A DNA stretch of 63,381 nt, filler included, from Asterionella formosa (taxonomy: Eukaryota): the NCBI GenBank assembly GCA_002256025.1. It is 13 parts of 13 records of this genome, joined end to end, with 100 filler letters (N's around TTAATTAATTAA, not from the genome) between each part and the next. Parts side by side here need not be neighbours in the genome. Positions count along the whole stretch, not along the records: positions 1 to 23,327 come from NKIB01002503.1; 12 more parts are not named here. One strand, written 5' to 3'. The notes under the pieces were generated by a model. That model was given only the letters and a program-made list of their open reading frames with translations. It searched no databases and had not been told where the DNA came from. Shown here one piece after another: positions 1 to 11,327 of this stretch. The position numbers were made by a program, and so were the translations under genes. How positions within the stretch are numbered: the first letter of the stretch is position 1; every line of letters starts with the position of its first letter.

Positions 1-722
1 ATGATATCCACATTGGCCATCAATGTTATTTATTCAAGGAACAAAGTTCGAGGCATGCAAAAAGATGAAGAAAAATCATGTTGACAAAAAATTGCAAGAC
101 AAGGGTCCCCTATCTGCTCAGGTGGGAGATTAAATAAAAGCCCCTATATCATTATTGGTTTCATGGTATTTGTTGCTGGTGACTCTCAAGAAAAACCCAA
201 CCTACAATTGAAGGACAAGAAACAAGGATTCCTCCTTCTTCATCAGATTTATTCATGAGTGGTTTCATAAATTCATAAGTAGCCTCAGACTCTGCAACTC
301 TCCCACTCGACTTTCTCTTATCACCCCCAAAATGGGAGGTTCATTACTTGTCAATTATGAACATAAAAGAAAGAACTTTGGATATTCCTTATATACTGGT
401 ATATAATAACCATTGCTGGCCTACTACACGACGTTCCACAGTATGATACCGGGGTATATCGGGGCATATTTTCCATCCGTTGAGTGAAATATTATTTATG
501 TACATTTTGCACATGTACTAATTATTCAGCAATGACATACCGGTAATTGCGATCTGGTAAATCTGGTAACATCTCGGAGCCGAGAATCCATCAACCGCAC
601 AACAGCGCACACCCAACCTCTACATCCCGATGACTAAAGAACGGTTGTGATAGTGGTCATCTATTCCATCAGTATCAGTTTTAATACTATTTACTATTTA
701 AGCACCATCATTCAGTTACAAT

Positions 723-1285
723 ATGGACATGGAAGCTGCCGACACAGCAGCATCATCCGAAGCTGACATTGCAACCAAGTCAGCCCTTAATCAAGCGTCG
801 CCTGGCAAGTCGCCTCTTTCCGCCTATCTGCAAAAAATGGAAGACATGCAACGTGAAGCTTTGGAAACAATTTACAATGTCGTAGACCAACCATGCCGAA
901 TGATGCCGACGGAAGAAATGGATGGATTCCTAATGGTACGTAGTACTAGTCTACCAAGAGTTGAACTCGTGAGCATGTCATTTCTTCCTATACGCTAGGT
1001 ATGCTCGAACACACTTGGAATTGTTATTAACATTATTTATTTACTGTTTATGCTTATTGTTAGCCTTTTCGGCAGAAATTGTCCTTTTTAGATGTCATTG
1101 TGGAAGACCATCATGATAATCCATCTCCTGACTATAAGTCGTTGGGATTTATTCCATCAGGATCTGCCTATGTGGTTCCAATTCGTTGTGAATATTGTGG
1201 ATCCGATACGACGGCTCTTTGTTCCTTGAGTTGTCAACGTCCAAAATTATTCTTGCAAAAACAGCAACCTCCATTTTTTCATTAG
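723..1285 (+). CDS. Hypothetical 2-exon protein (~144 aa) with C-terminal Cys cluster
   Basis: Exon1 723-935, intron 936-1063 (ATG|gtacgt...ttgttag|CCT), exon2 1064-1285. The splice joins the 723 and 1079 ORFs in frame, giving ...DGFLMPFRQKLSFLDV...RCEYCGSDTTALCSLSCQRP. Confidence 0.65.
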
Positions 1286-1957
1286 TATTGACACTATAAT
1301 GGATGCTGTTGATGGTTTGTCACAACGATTCATAATCAGCGAGACAGATTGCATATGTGTGTGTATGTTACAGCATAAGTGAAGATATACATTTCTTTGT
1401 GGCGCAACAATTTGTCGGGATGTAATGTAATTATGCTGAATGAAATTTTATATTTGGATAAGTATAGGTTGTTTTCAACGGAATCGAAAAATAACTTTTT
1501 TGGCAATCATTGTCAACGATGATGAGGTATGTTTCTGTGTGTGTGTGTGTGTGTATCTTAGATACCAAGAATGAAGCTAAACTTAAATGAAACATCCCAT
1601 TCTTTCTCTAGAGATGGCTGGCCTTTGGATCCATTAAATAATTGTAGCATCGAATCTTTTTTCACGAAAAGGTTAGTGGAAAGGAATCCATACTGATATT
1701 ACATCGTCTATACTTGCATAGGGGAGATGCCGTATATATATATATATACGTACACTTTTAGAGTGTTCAAACAAAACACGAGAGTCTAATGCATGTGATC
1801 TAAAATGAGGGTTCACCATTCGCTCCTAAGTTCCTTGTTAGCTATTTACAGTGTTGTTGTGGTTGTCAGTACATACTGAGAGGGTGGATTGCAAGAAAAT
1901 TTCTAGGTAAATCGATGTGAATTTAAATACCCTTCTTGTTACTATATCTTTCCAATT

Positions 1958-3041
1958 TTAAAGCTGAGTATCATTGTCCTTGTTATACTCCAACACTCGA
2001 TCAATCAATCCATATTCCACTCCTTCAGCTGCACTCAAAAAGTTGTCCCGATCCAAATCTTTGGTAATTTGCTCTGTCGTTTGTCCTGTCATCATGGAGT
2101 ACATTTTACAAATATTATCCCGAATGCGCATAATTTGTGCCGCCTCGACTTTAATATCTTCTGCTTGCCCCTGTGCTCCACCCATGGGCTGATGGATCAT
2201 GATTCTTGAACTGGGCAATGCCAAACGTTTGCCTTTGGACCCTGCTGCCAAAATAAAGGATGCCATGGATGCGGCGAGGCCTAAATTAATAGTAATAACT
2301 TCAGACCTAATATGCTGCATGGCGTCGTAAATGGCAAGTCCTGAAATGACGGACCCTCCAGGGCAATTGATGTACAAATAAATGGGTTTGGAGGAGTCTT
2401 CCGAGTCCAAATACAACATGACCCCAATGATTTGATTGGCAAGTTCGTCATCAATTTCTGATCCCAAGAAGATGATGCGTTCACGGTAGAGGCGGTTGTA
2501 AATGTCGACCCTGATATAAGATATGTGAGTGAGTCCAATGGTTTTCGACGAGACCAACAATAAAAACAGCAACAAGAGGTAATATAAAACTGCTACAGCG
2601 CGACCTTCCCACGACGCTCACCAATCCGCACTTTGAGATCCCGGAACACGGTAAGCAACCTTGGGGACACCAATGGGCATCATTTTGATATCGTTGTTGC
2701 GCCTGGCATTCGTATTGGAGTAGATACTGTTCAAGTCTCGCACGTTCTTGGGCAGGGAGGTGATGCTGGCAGCGCCAGAAAGTCGAGGAACAAAGGATGG
2801 TGCTGGCAGCAGACAGAGTGGTGAGTGTCACAGAGCAGCAGCGCGATTGTCACATTTGGTATCCACCTGAGCCACAACGACGAGCGTGGCTTCAACTTGT
2901 CAACTATTCACTGCAAGTCCGGTTTGTGACAACAGAATAGCAAGGAATGTTCAGTTTAGTAGTGAGCTGCTACTTACCATAAGCACCCACCGTACTGGTG
3001 AAGACGCCGACAACGACCAACAAGGATACAAGCTTCATCAT
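1958..3041 (-). CDS. clpP: ATP-dependent Clp protease proteolytic subunit, plastid-targeted, 3 exons (265 aa)
   Basis: Exons 3041-2978, 2802-2622 and 2510-1958 with GT-AG introns splice in frame. Signal peptide [20 protein letters not shown] then YAPSF; mature [37 protein letters not shown] (catalytic Ser), MIHQP (His), DRDNFLSA. Confidence 0.95.
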
Positions 3042-3653
3042 CCTTATTAACAATTCAGTAATGAGTAGTGTAGGTTGTCGTAATTTACACCAGCAATCGA
3101 TCTGTTCTGTTGTTGGCAGGCTGAGGATAATTGAGGCGCAGATAACTGATGTGGTGTGTGGTACTCCTTAGCGTTAGGGTTAGGGTTCTGGTAAACTGTG
3201 GGATAGTATGCACTGTTTCTACTATACCAGTCCCTGTAGCATTCCTCCTACACTCTACATAGTACTACCTCGTACCAGGTACTGGTACTTACTATAATGA
3301 AATGAAGTCGTGGGCAGTACGGACAGGTGGAAGGAAGCAACAAGCAAATGATCACTACATACGATTTGTACCAGCTATGTCCAAACGACGGTATTTCTAT
3401 TTCGATCTACCGGTACCTGGTAGTAAGACTGACTCTATCATACACAAAATTTTCCGACTTCTTGGACTAAACACAAGGATGACAGCCCAGGAGTTCGTCC
3501 TTGCATGAGCAATTCAATCATGCATGACCCCATTTGTGCAAAAAAAATCATCTTTGTTTACTTGGTACATGGCAGACATAAAATAGGAATTACCGTTCTC
3601 ATAATTCATATTATTTACATCTATTTCGATATCAAGCACTTCACTGAACGAAA

Positions 3654-4010
3654 ATGAATTGTGAGAACAACTTGAATGTGTCTCTCCAATGCAAAATTGG
3701 TACAGCGGGATTTGTTACCCTTGTTGTGTCATTAGTTGCTTCTTGGAAAGCAGGTGCTTTCAGCACTCCTAACGCTTCTCCGGCTCCCCACATGCCTGGA
3801 TTTCCTCATACTCTGGCTCCATTCCATTACCCTGCTCCAAATCCAGTTCAAGTTCTTCCTTCTTTACCTGCTCCGACATTCTTCCAACCCGCCGCTTCTC
3901 CTCCAAATCCTGCACCATTCCAAGGATACTTTCCCCCCATTGCACCACCTCCCTTCCAAGGATATCCTTCCCTTATTGCTCCCATCACCAATCCAGCCCC
4001 CCCTTTTTGA
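3654..4010 (+). CDS. Possible small Pro-rich protein with one hydrophobic segment
   Basis: 118-aa ORF; hydrophobic GFVTLVVSLVASW followed by PAP/PFQGY repeats; no recognisable family. Confidence 0.3.
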   Translation: MNCENNLNVSLQCKIGTAGFVTLVVSLVASWKAGAFSTPNASPAPHMPGFPHTLAPFHYPAPNPVQVLPSLPAPTFFQPAASPPNPAPFQGYFPPIAPPPFQGYPSLIAPITNPAPPF

Positions 4011-4930
4011 AGATGGACATAAATGGGTTCATTCCCCAATTGAAGTATTAATTCTTTGGAATGCTGAACCATATAGGTGCGTTGCTTGAGTCAAGCAAGG
4101 ATACATTTAGATTAGAACAAGCAAGTGTGTGGGTGATGTAATGATTCTTTGATTGTTTTTGAAAGTTCCCTATAATTGTCGGTTTAAAAATAAGTGCTTT
4201 TTTGTTATTGTGAATTTTAAATTATGAGCTTAAGAAAGCTTAGTTCATTTATATTAGCTCATGGTTAGTGAGTTTCTACCAAGGCTGCAATCCCAGTTTC
4301 TCTTTACTTAGTTATCAAGAGTGTTCTAGAGAGCTTCTTAGACTCTTTGTCTGTGAGCTGTAAGTGTCCCCAATACTCAGTAGTAGAATTTAGCCTAGTA
4401 TTGCTATGTCTACTCATGTACATGTTGTGTACCAATAGTTATGAATAGTTATGACATATTATCAAAGAAGAAGTCGGTGTCAGCAAAACATGTCAATGGA
4501 CCATACATATGCAGGATGATTTTGAGTATGATAGAGTCATAGAAATACTGTGGTTGTGACATTGCTGGAGAATATACATACTACATTCAGTGCATAGGAT
4601 GCCAGCAGAACGGCAAACAACAACAGCCAGCCAATCAAACATGGCTGTGCTATATTTTACGGGAGCTCGAAACTAGTACCCATTGTAAGTCTCCTATATT
4701 ATATATACATTGATATTAGCACCGGAACAGGATAGCTACTTTCCTTGGCCTGTCGCTTGTTGGCAATGTCAAGCAACAGCCAAATAACATGATCAAATCT
4801 ACATGTGAAATTGGAAGTCTTCTTGACCAGATGATGACAAGAGTCAATAATTCTTCCCTCCACAGCAATTCAAACATAGCCAATAAAATACTGCAGTATA
4901 ATACAGTTCAGACTAACAATAAAATCGGTA

Positions 4931-5971
4931 CTACATCATGGACTCCCAGTCTATGGGTGAGTTCCTTCCCTTTCCAACTCCATCATATCTCCAAAATGGA
5001 CCCATGTAATTTGCTACTGCTGGCCAATCATCAACTGAGATAAATCCATACCGTTGCTTCAATTCACTAAATGCATCAGACCCACTGGGGCCCAAATCCA
5101 CAACACTTACCCCCTCGGCATCAATTGCTCGTTTAACCAAGTCTCGCACTGAATGGAACCACACATACTTCTGGGAGGATATATCATTCCCATAGAACCA
5201 TTGACCTCGAATAGTAGATCCCTTGCGAACCTCATGAGCAAAGGCTATTACTTTACCATCAAGGCGGTATTCATGAATTTCTCCCGTCATTCGGGTCGTA
5301 CCCACATACCGAGACACTGCTTCGGCGAGAGCATCAAAGAACGATTCACTAGAATAAGAAAGCAGTCGTAATTCATGATCCACAACGCATCGGAAATGAG
5401 CCAATGATGAGTGCGGAGCTGGCTTGTCAGGATAAATGGGCTTGGCTGTCACGGTAAAGTTTTGTTGAGCTGCCTTTTGGAGTGTCCGTTTGCACCCACG
5501 AGGCAGAGATTGGTGCCACTCGTCCACACTGGAAAATTGAGTAACATCTAGCAATGCATGAGGTCGTGTCTTCCATTTACCAGTCCACTGAGCCGCCCCC
5601 ATGGCGCCGAGAGAGGCTTGTTCTCTGTCAAATTGGCCATACGGAGTGCCGCAGGGAAATTCCTCGGGTGGCAAGGATGCCATGGCCGTTTCTACCATTA
5701 TCACAGGAACGGAGTCTTGAGGAAGATTTCCGAATATGGCAGCGAACGCCAGCATGAGGTTGTCGTATCGACGGTCACCAGCAAATGTGCGGCTGAGCCA
5801 GGCAAAGAGTTGGGTGACTTTCTCATCGTCCAGTTCTGCCTGCAGCTGTACTGTAAATGGTTTATTGGAGTATAGTGAAGACGAGCGGATTGATCTTGCA
5901 GGAGAGAGAGACTGGAACGCATCTGCTGAAGAGAGGAGAAAGAGAAGAACGAAGAACGGTACCATCGTCAT
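4931..5971 (-). CDS. Plastid-targeted GNAT-fold (Acetyltransf_6/FemAB-like) protein
   Basis: Likely start ATG 5971: MTMVPFFVLLFLLSSADA-FQSLSPARS (signal peptide, Phe, Ser/Arg-rich transit peptide). Downstream SLPRGCKRTLQKA, DGKVIAFAH and VVDLGPSG...LKQRYG resemble FemAB-like GNAT motifs. Confidence 0.7.
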   Translation of the reverse strand: MTMVPFFVLLFLLSSADAFQSLSPARSIRSSSLYSNKPFTVQLQAELDDEKVTQLFAWLSRTFAGDRRYDNLMLAFAAIFGNLPQDSVPVIMVETAMASLPPEEFPCGTPYGQFDREQASLGAMGAAQWTGKWKTRPHALLDVTQFSSVDEWHQSLPRGCKRTLQKAAQQNFTVTAKPIYPDKPAPHSSLAHFRCVVDHELRLLSYSSESFFDALAEAVSRYVGTTRMTGEIHEYRLDGKVIAFAHEVRKGSTIRGQWFYGNDISSQKYVWFHSVRDLVKRAIDAEGVSVVDLGPSGSDAFSELKQRYGFISVDDWPAVANYMGPFWRYDGVGKGRNSPIDWESMM

Positions 5972-8900
5972 TGCAGGCCGCCTTAGTTCCTTTAGTGAAA
6001 TCGAATTTAGGCAATTAGGTATGTCGTCTTTCACAAAAGATACCAGGAAATTCACCTGGTACCCAGTGTGATGGCTCCGACCTGGTACCGGTACCAGTAC
6101 TCCTTCTGGGCGAAAACAGTTGCGTTAATTTGCAGCGACACCAGTGCCCAGGAAGGTGCCGTAATTGCGCCAAATGCGCGCTTTTTTGGTTTCAGCCTGC
6201 CTAAAGGACTTGCAAGTATGACCGACCATTGGAGTTGGCTGTCTTCCTATCCATGTTTGTCCTTTTAAGTAAATTTAAATTATAATTTTTTCATCCTACC
6301 TCGTTGTTTTCATGGTTGAGTTCATTTATGATGAACTTGAAATCGAAGTCCATTGCACAGCAAAGAAGGTTCTTGCTTGTGAAAGCGCTAAGAAAGAAGC
6401 TATATTGTTACTGCTATAGCACCCTGTTTGAGGAATTCCTGTACAGTTTCAACTCCAGGTACCCTGCTGTCAAGCTCAAGAGGTTTTTCACGTGATTTGG
6501 TTGGTCATGTAGGCGCGGATTTGCCATGCTCAACACTAACAAATAGGTCGTATATAAACAAACAAAATTGTGTGCTCCAGCACCGCTTGATGTGTTTACT
6601 GAAAGCGCTGATTATGGCGGTTATGTTGATAAATCAAGCGGCGCGGGAGGTTGCAAAATTGATGATTTAACCAATAGAATAATACTGACATGAGCAATGT
6701 GATTTTAAGAAGAGTTTTTAGGCGCAAAATATTTCCAATAAATACATGATGCACAGGGTCAGGTTTCTGCTAGTACTAGGCCTAGCTAAGCATAAGAGAA
6801 AATCGAAAAAGCCCAAAAACGGTTTTTGATATGTTGTTCTTGCCAATTTCAAATCAACTGCATATACATTATAAATGGATCTGTAGCTAAGCGCAATACA
6901 CATAGTAGGGCGATTAAGCCGGAGAAAATCATAGGCGCCAATGTCAGATATAATGGAATCATCATTCGTCTGATGAAATATTTACAATGCGACTACATGT
7001 TTCCAAAGAGAAGACGAGCAATCCAGCAATCAACCGCATTCGCTTGACGATGAATTTCTGCTTGCTTCATTAATTAACTAATTTCGCTTCAGATTGGGCA
7101 AGATGGACGATGATCGGTAGTATGGTGAAAGTTGAATTACCGTAGTCACTTTACAGGCGACGAACAAAAACGATGTAAATACAAGAAATTGTAGAGTATA
7201 TAAAATAGTTTCCTTAAGAAAGCTCTTACCGATTTTGGCAATCTCATGGCTAGAATTGTATTGCCAAAATGCTAACATAAGAAATAAAAAAGATGTATTA
7301 ATGATGGGTAAAATCGGAACCTTGGCAATTTTTCATGTGAAGATAGGAAATAGAAAATATATATGTTAAATGATGGGAAATAGCCAGCTAAAAGTAAAAT
7401 TCATGCTCAAGGAGTGGGCACCAGTAGGTAAGCAAATTCCGTAACAATAGGTAGTTTGTTGTGAATTGCCTCAACAATCGCTCACCTTCTTGGTGGCTAC
7501 ATGTCTTCTTGTATACATTTGTACACAGCTGGGATGGCACTGATCGTAGGGTGACCTTCTTGAAGCGCTGGGATTGCCACACATACGGTCGACCTACTCG
7601 CGCCACCCAATCTCGAACACATGTATACTTGCAGGCATGAGACCACCTCGGGTGTGTATTGCCTTCAGCAATATATTTCACAGCATAATGATGATGTTCA
7701 CGAGATAACAAATAGAGTCCAACCGTGCACCCAGCCACAGTTTGATTGTAAACAATACATAAATGCATGTATTTCTATATTTATACTTAACAAATGACGA
7801 TAATTGTTTTACATATGAGATGATATATTGAAAGTATATGAGCATGTGATCGTCATTAGTATAAGATGCATCACACGAATAAGATATCTTCTCTTTGCAG
7901 ACGCATGAAGCAAACTCAGGTTTGAAACTTGCGTCAGGATCTTACTAGCCAGCCAGAATTTGTATATTGGCCTTTTGTGACTTGTAACCATGGTCTTATT
8001 CGCTGGCAATTTGCCACTATGAAAGCATGTATCAAAAGAAAATGCTCCTTTACTTAAACGGGAAAATATCAACTGCGAACCCTCAGCGTGACTACTAACT
8101 GAAACATTACATATGAGATATTTTCATGAAATCACCAAGGTCATCTGCGAAATGAGTTCTTGAAACAAGAGGAGGACCACTGGAAAGATGAGAACCGGAA
8201 GTGATTGATGTGCGAGGTCAGAATGAGTTCTTGATAAATATGCTGGTGTGGTGATTGGCACTTGAACCCGAATACCTGGTACCAGTAATTATAGTATCAA
8301 TAAAAGTAATAAACAATAGGTTTTTACGGTAAAAATCAACTAAAATATTACACGGTTTGGGTGGTGTTGTACTAGAAAGCTTCATGTCTAGATTAAAAAA
8401 TATGGAATGATAGACAATAGACAAGTCAAAATGGGTGATATACAATCAATGTCAGGGCACTCACCACGCATTTTACCGTTCAGACCAAAAAATTGTATGC
8501 TAATGCTCTATTTTTCTCCTGATTTTGACTCCATCAACAAAACTTGAGGGTATAGTCAAAAGTGTAACCCCACCGCCCCCCCCCCTTGGCAGTAAATCCA
8601 CAAGTGATCCCTGAAAATGCTTACCACAAATTCCATCTTTTGACGAATATTTTATCCAGACAACATTTTGCATACATCACGATCTGAGAAATAGGAAATA
8701 GTAAACTCCTAGCGAAATCAGTGCAAAAATTTATTTCTTAAACTGCCAATTGTTATATGTAGTCTCTTGTTTATGATGCTTAAAATATTGTAATAGTTTG
8801 AGCAGCTGGACCATGATCACCAATTCATTTTTCTTCCACATTGTCATTCTTCCTCATCTTGTCCTCACTCATGATGTTGCTTCTCTTTCTTTTTCATTTT

Positions 8901-9718
8901 TTCTTGGACACTGCATCTACGTTAGGTTTCTCATTGAGATGTGGCTGAATACAATAGCTGGGATGACAGTGATTGCTTTCAATGCTTGCAAACACATCAC
9001 CATGTTGAATTTGCTCCTTATGTGCTGAATTACTATTGATCATTGCTATGTATGTATTACTTTAGCTAATACATACATATCAACAAGCAACAATACATGT
9101 CAACAATGATAATAATAGCCTCTGGCTATTAATAAGACTAGCAGCAGGTGAAGTTAGAAAAGTGGCTTCCTTTGAAGGATTAGCTTGTTGCCATTCTTCC
9201 AATGAAACCATCATGGTCATCTCATAAAGAGGGGTCTCAAAAAATCGTGTAATCATCAATTTACAAAGTAGATTACTATAGGAGAAGATGAACAAGCTAA
9301 ATTGATATTTTCATTTAAGTATCATTTTTTACTACACGTCTCAAGTAGGTGACATACCAGTACTACCCGTAGAGTAATGTTCGAGTTTGCCCCTGTGAAG
9401 GATTGCTCCATGTAACCGGTACTGGTACCAGTACTCAGGACATAGTTGTCTGTAGGTATTGGGTTCTGAATATTATAGACGGGGATGAATCAAGTATAAT
9501 TATTTTGGAGGAGGAGCCGAACAGGAGAGATATACTACAATTTTTAAGATTCCGCTATCTCTCATATATTAATTGACTCGTGGCACATCGATTCATTCAT
9601 TCATTGAATTCCGTAGCAAAGAGCAACGATTCATTGGTGGATCATCCTCGGACTAAAGGACACAGTATGTCTATAATCTCGTCAGAAAGGAGAGAGATCT
9701 GACACTGCAATTGATATA

Positions 9719-11176
9719 ATGCCAGTGCAAAATCGGCCGGCATTCGTGTTGAGTGGTTCGTCAACAGCGCCCTCTCCAAGCCTGTGTCCGAATCAGCAGC
9801 AGCAGCAACAACAACAACTGAAGCAGCATCAGATGCAACTACGTGGAGGGAAGCTCTACCCAACTATTCGAATCCGTGGCTTCCTCCTCAGAAAGCAGGG
9901 CTTGCTTGTCATCATTACAGCCCTGTCGGTGTTGACAATGGTCCCCTTGCTCTTGTTACACTTCGAGTACACATGGGTGTACCAACGCTGTCTGGTTTAC
10001 TACATTGCGCCTTCGACGAACCGTCTACTTGTGTGCCAAGAAGCTTGGAGTCATATGTTAGCCAATCAAGATCCAACACTCTTGTGGACGTCCAATCTGC
10101 TCGGCGATGACATATCCGACCCACTTGCCATTCGACGAGCCGAAGCGACTGTGGCACAGGCACTTCGCGAGACTCCTCCCATCGATAATGTGCATGTAAC
10201 CTTGACTGCTCCACTCGACAATGCCAGTACTCGAGATTTGGCAAAGTGTAGTATTGAATCTGTCGTTCGATTGTGTGCTTCGTGCCGACTCAACATTTGG
10301 GTCGTCGACCAAGCGGCAATGTCAGTCGCCTCTGACACTTTTGTATTACAAACCAACCAACATACCAGCAAAGTTGTGTCTTATCTGCTGGAACTGGTGG
10401 CACTGATACATCAGTCCACAATCCATCCTAACTATTGCATTCGGATCATTGACGATCCCCTCACTTACAAGTTCGTGGATGTACCATTCCTTAATTTTAC
10501 ATCAGGCTGTCCTCCGCCAACAAATAGATCGAACCATGCTGGGAGACGCATACGGAGATGGCTTGCTAGCGATATGGTACGGGAACACCAAATACCAGAG
10601 CATTCCTCGGATGCGTGGAGACTTGTTGCATTGTTGGAGTGGGGTGGACTCTATTTGGATTTGGATGTCATTCCATTGTCGCATCACCTATTTCAACTTC
10701 CTTTCAATAGCGTCCCAGTGCAACATCGAGTAGGAGCATATCGAGTGAATGGAGGTGTCATGAGGTTGGGAGATGATGAGCTAAATGAGAGACACCGTTT
10801 GACAGGGAGGCTGGGGAAAAGTCAGCAAAAAACATTCCTACAGGCACTGGAAGATGATCACATGTACTGGGCTCCAATACTTGCTAGCATTTTTCCATCT
10901 ATCCAAAAATACGGATTTTTGGGACCAGCATCCTTGACACGAGTGTATACAGCTCGGGCCTATTCCAACCCTGTGACTATTCTGCCAGAAGAATTGATTG
11001 AGTCCAGTATTGATGAGTTCATATGCGCGAGAAAGGAGAACTCAGAATCACTTGCTGCACATTTTAGTGGAAAAGTGCGACATGAAACGTGGACTCATTT
11101 CCTGAAGGACTATGAATGCTTGGATGGTATTGTTCAAGAGGTTTGTCCTCGAACTAGAGATTCCATAACTTTCTAG
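9719..11176 (+). CDS. Glycosyltransferase, DXD sugar-binding family (GT32 / alpha-1,4-glycosyltransferase-like), type II membrane protein
   Basis: 485-aa ORF; poly-Q N-terminus, single TM, SDAWRLVALLEWGGLYLDLDV motif, GPASLTRV. Confidence 0.85.
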   Translation: MPVQNRPAFVLSGSSTAPSPSLCPNQQQQQQQQLKQHQMQLRGGKLYPTIRIRGFLLRKQGLLVIITALSVLTMVPLLLLHFEYTWVYQRCLVYYIAPSTNRLLVCQEAWSHMLANQDPTLLWTSNLLGDDISDPLAIRRAEATVAQALRETPPIDNVHVTLTAPLDNASTRDLAKCSIESVVRLCASCRLNIWVVDQAAMSVASDTFVLQTNQHTSKVVSYLLELVALIHQSTIHPNYCIRIIDDPLTYKFVDVPFLNFTSGCPPPTNRSNHAGRRIRRWLASDMVREHQIPEHSSDAWRLVALLEWGGLYLDLDVIPLSHHLFQLPFNSVPVQHRVGAYRVNGGVMRLGDDELNERHRLTGRLGKSQQKTFLQALEDDHMYWAPILASIFPSIQKYGFLGPASLTRVYTARAYSNPVTILPEELIESSIDEFICARKENSESLAAHFSGKVRHETWTHFLKDYECLDGIVQEVCPRTRDSITF

Positions 11177-11327
11177 GTTGTCCAATCAACAACAACAATT
11201 GTTCGGACTACATCACTTTCAATAAATGCAGGTTGCAAAAGTCCATTTAAAAAATAAAAAGATCTACAATTATAGTCGATTAGAAACCTAAGGACCACTT
11301 GCAGTACACAATACGTAGCCAGCTTAC

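Noticed and set aside
1537..1748. (GT)n and (AT)n microsatellites
   Set aside because: Short ordinary simple repeats.
2511..2575. N-terminus of the 205-aa ClpP ORF as listed in the track
   Set aside because: It lies within intron 2 of the spliced model.
3174..3187. TTAGGG telomere-like repeats (also ~15953 and ~36829)
   Set aside because: Only two or three units and internal; not a telomere, and too short to call a regulatory telo-box.
6300..9300. Cluster of short ORFs
   Set aside because: No motifs or consistent frame; probably intergenic or old TE debris that I cannot classify.
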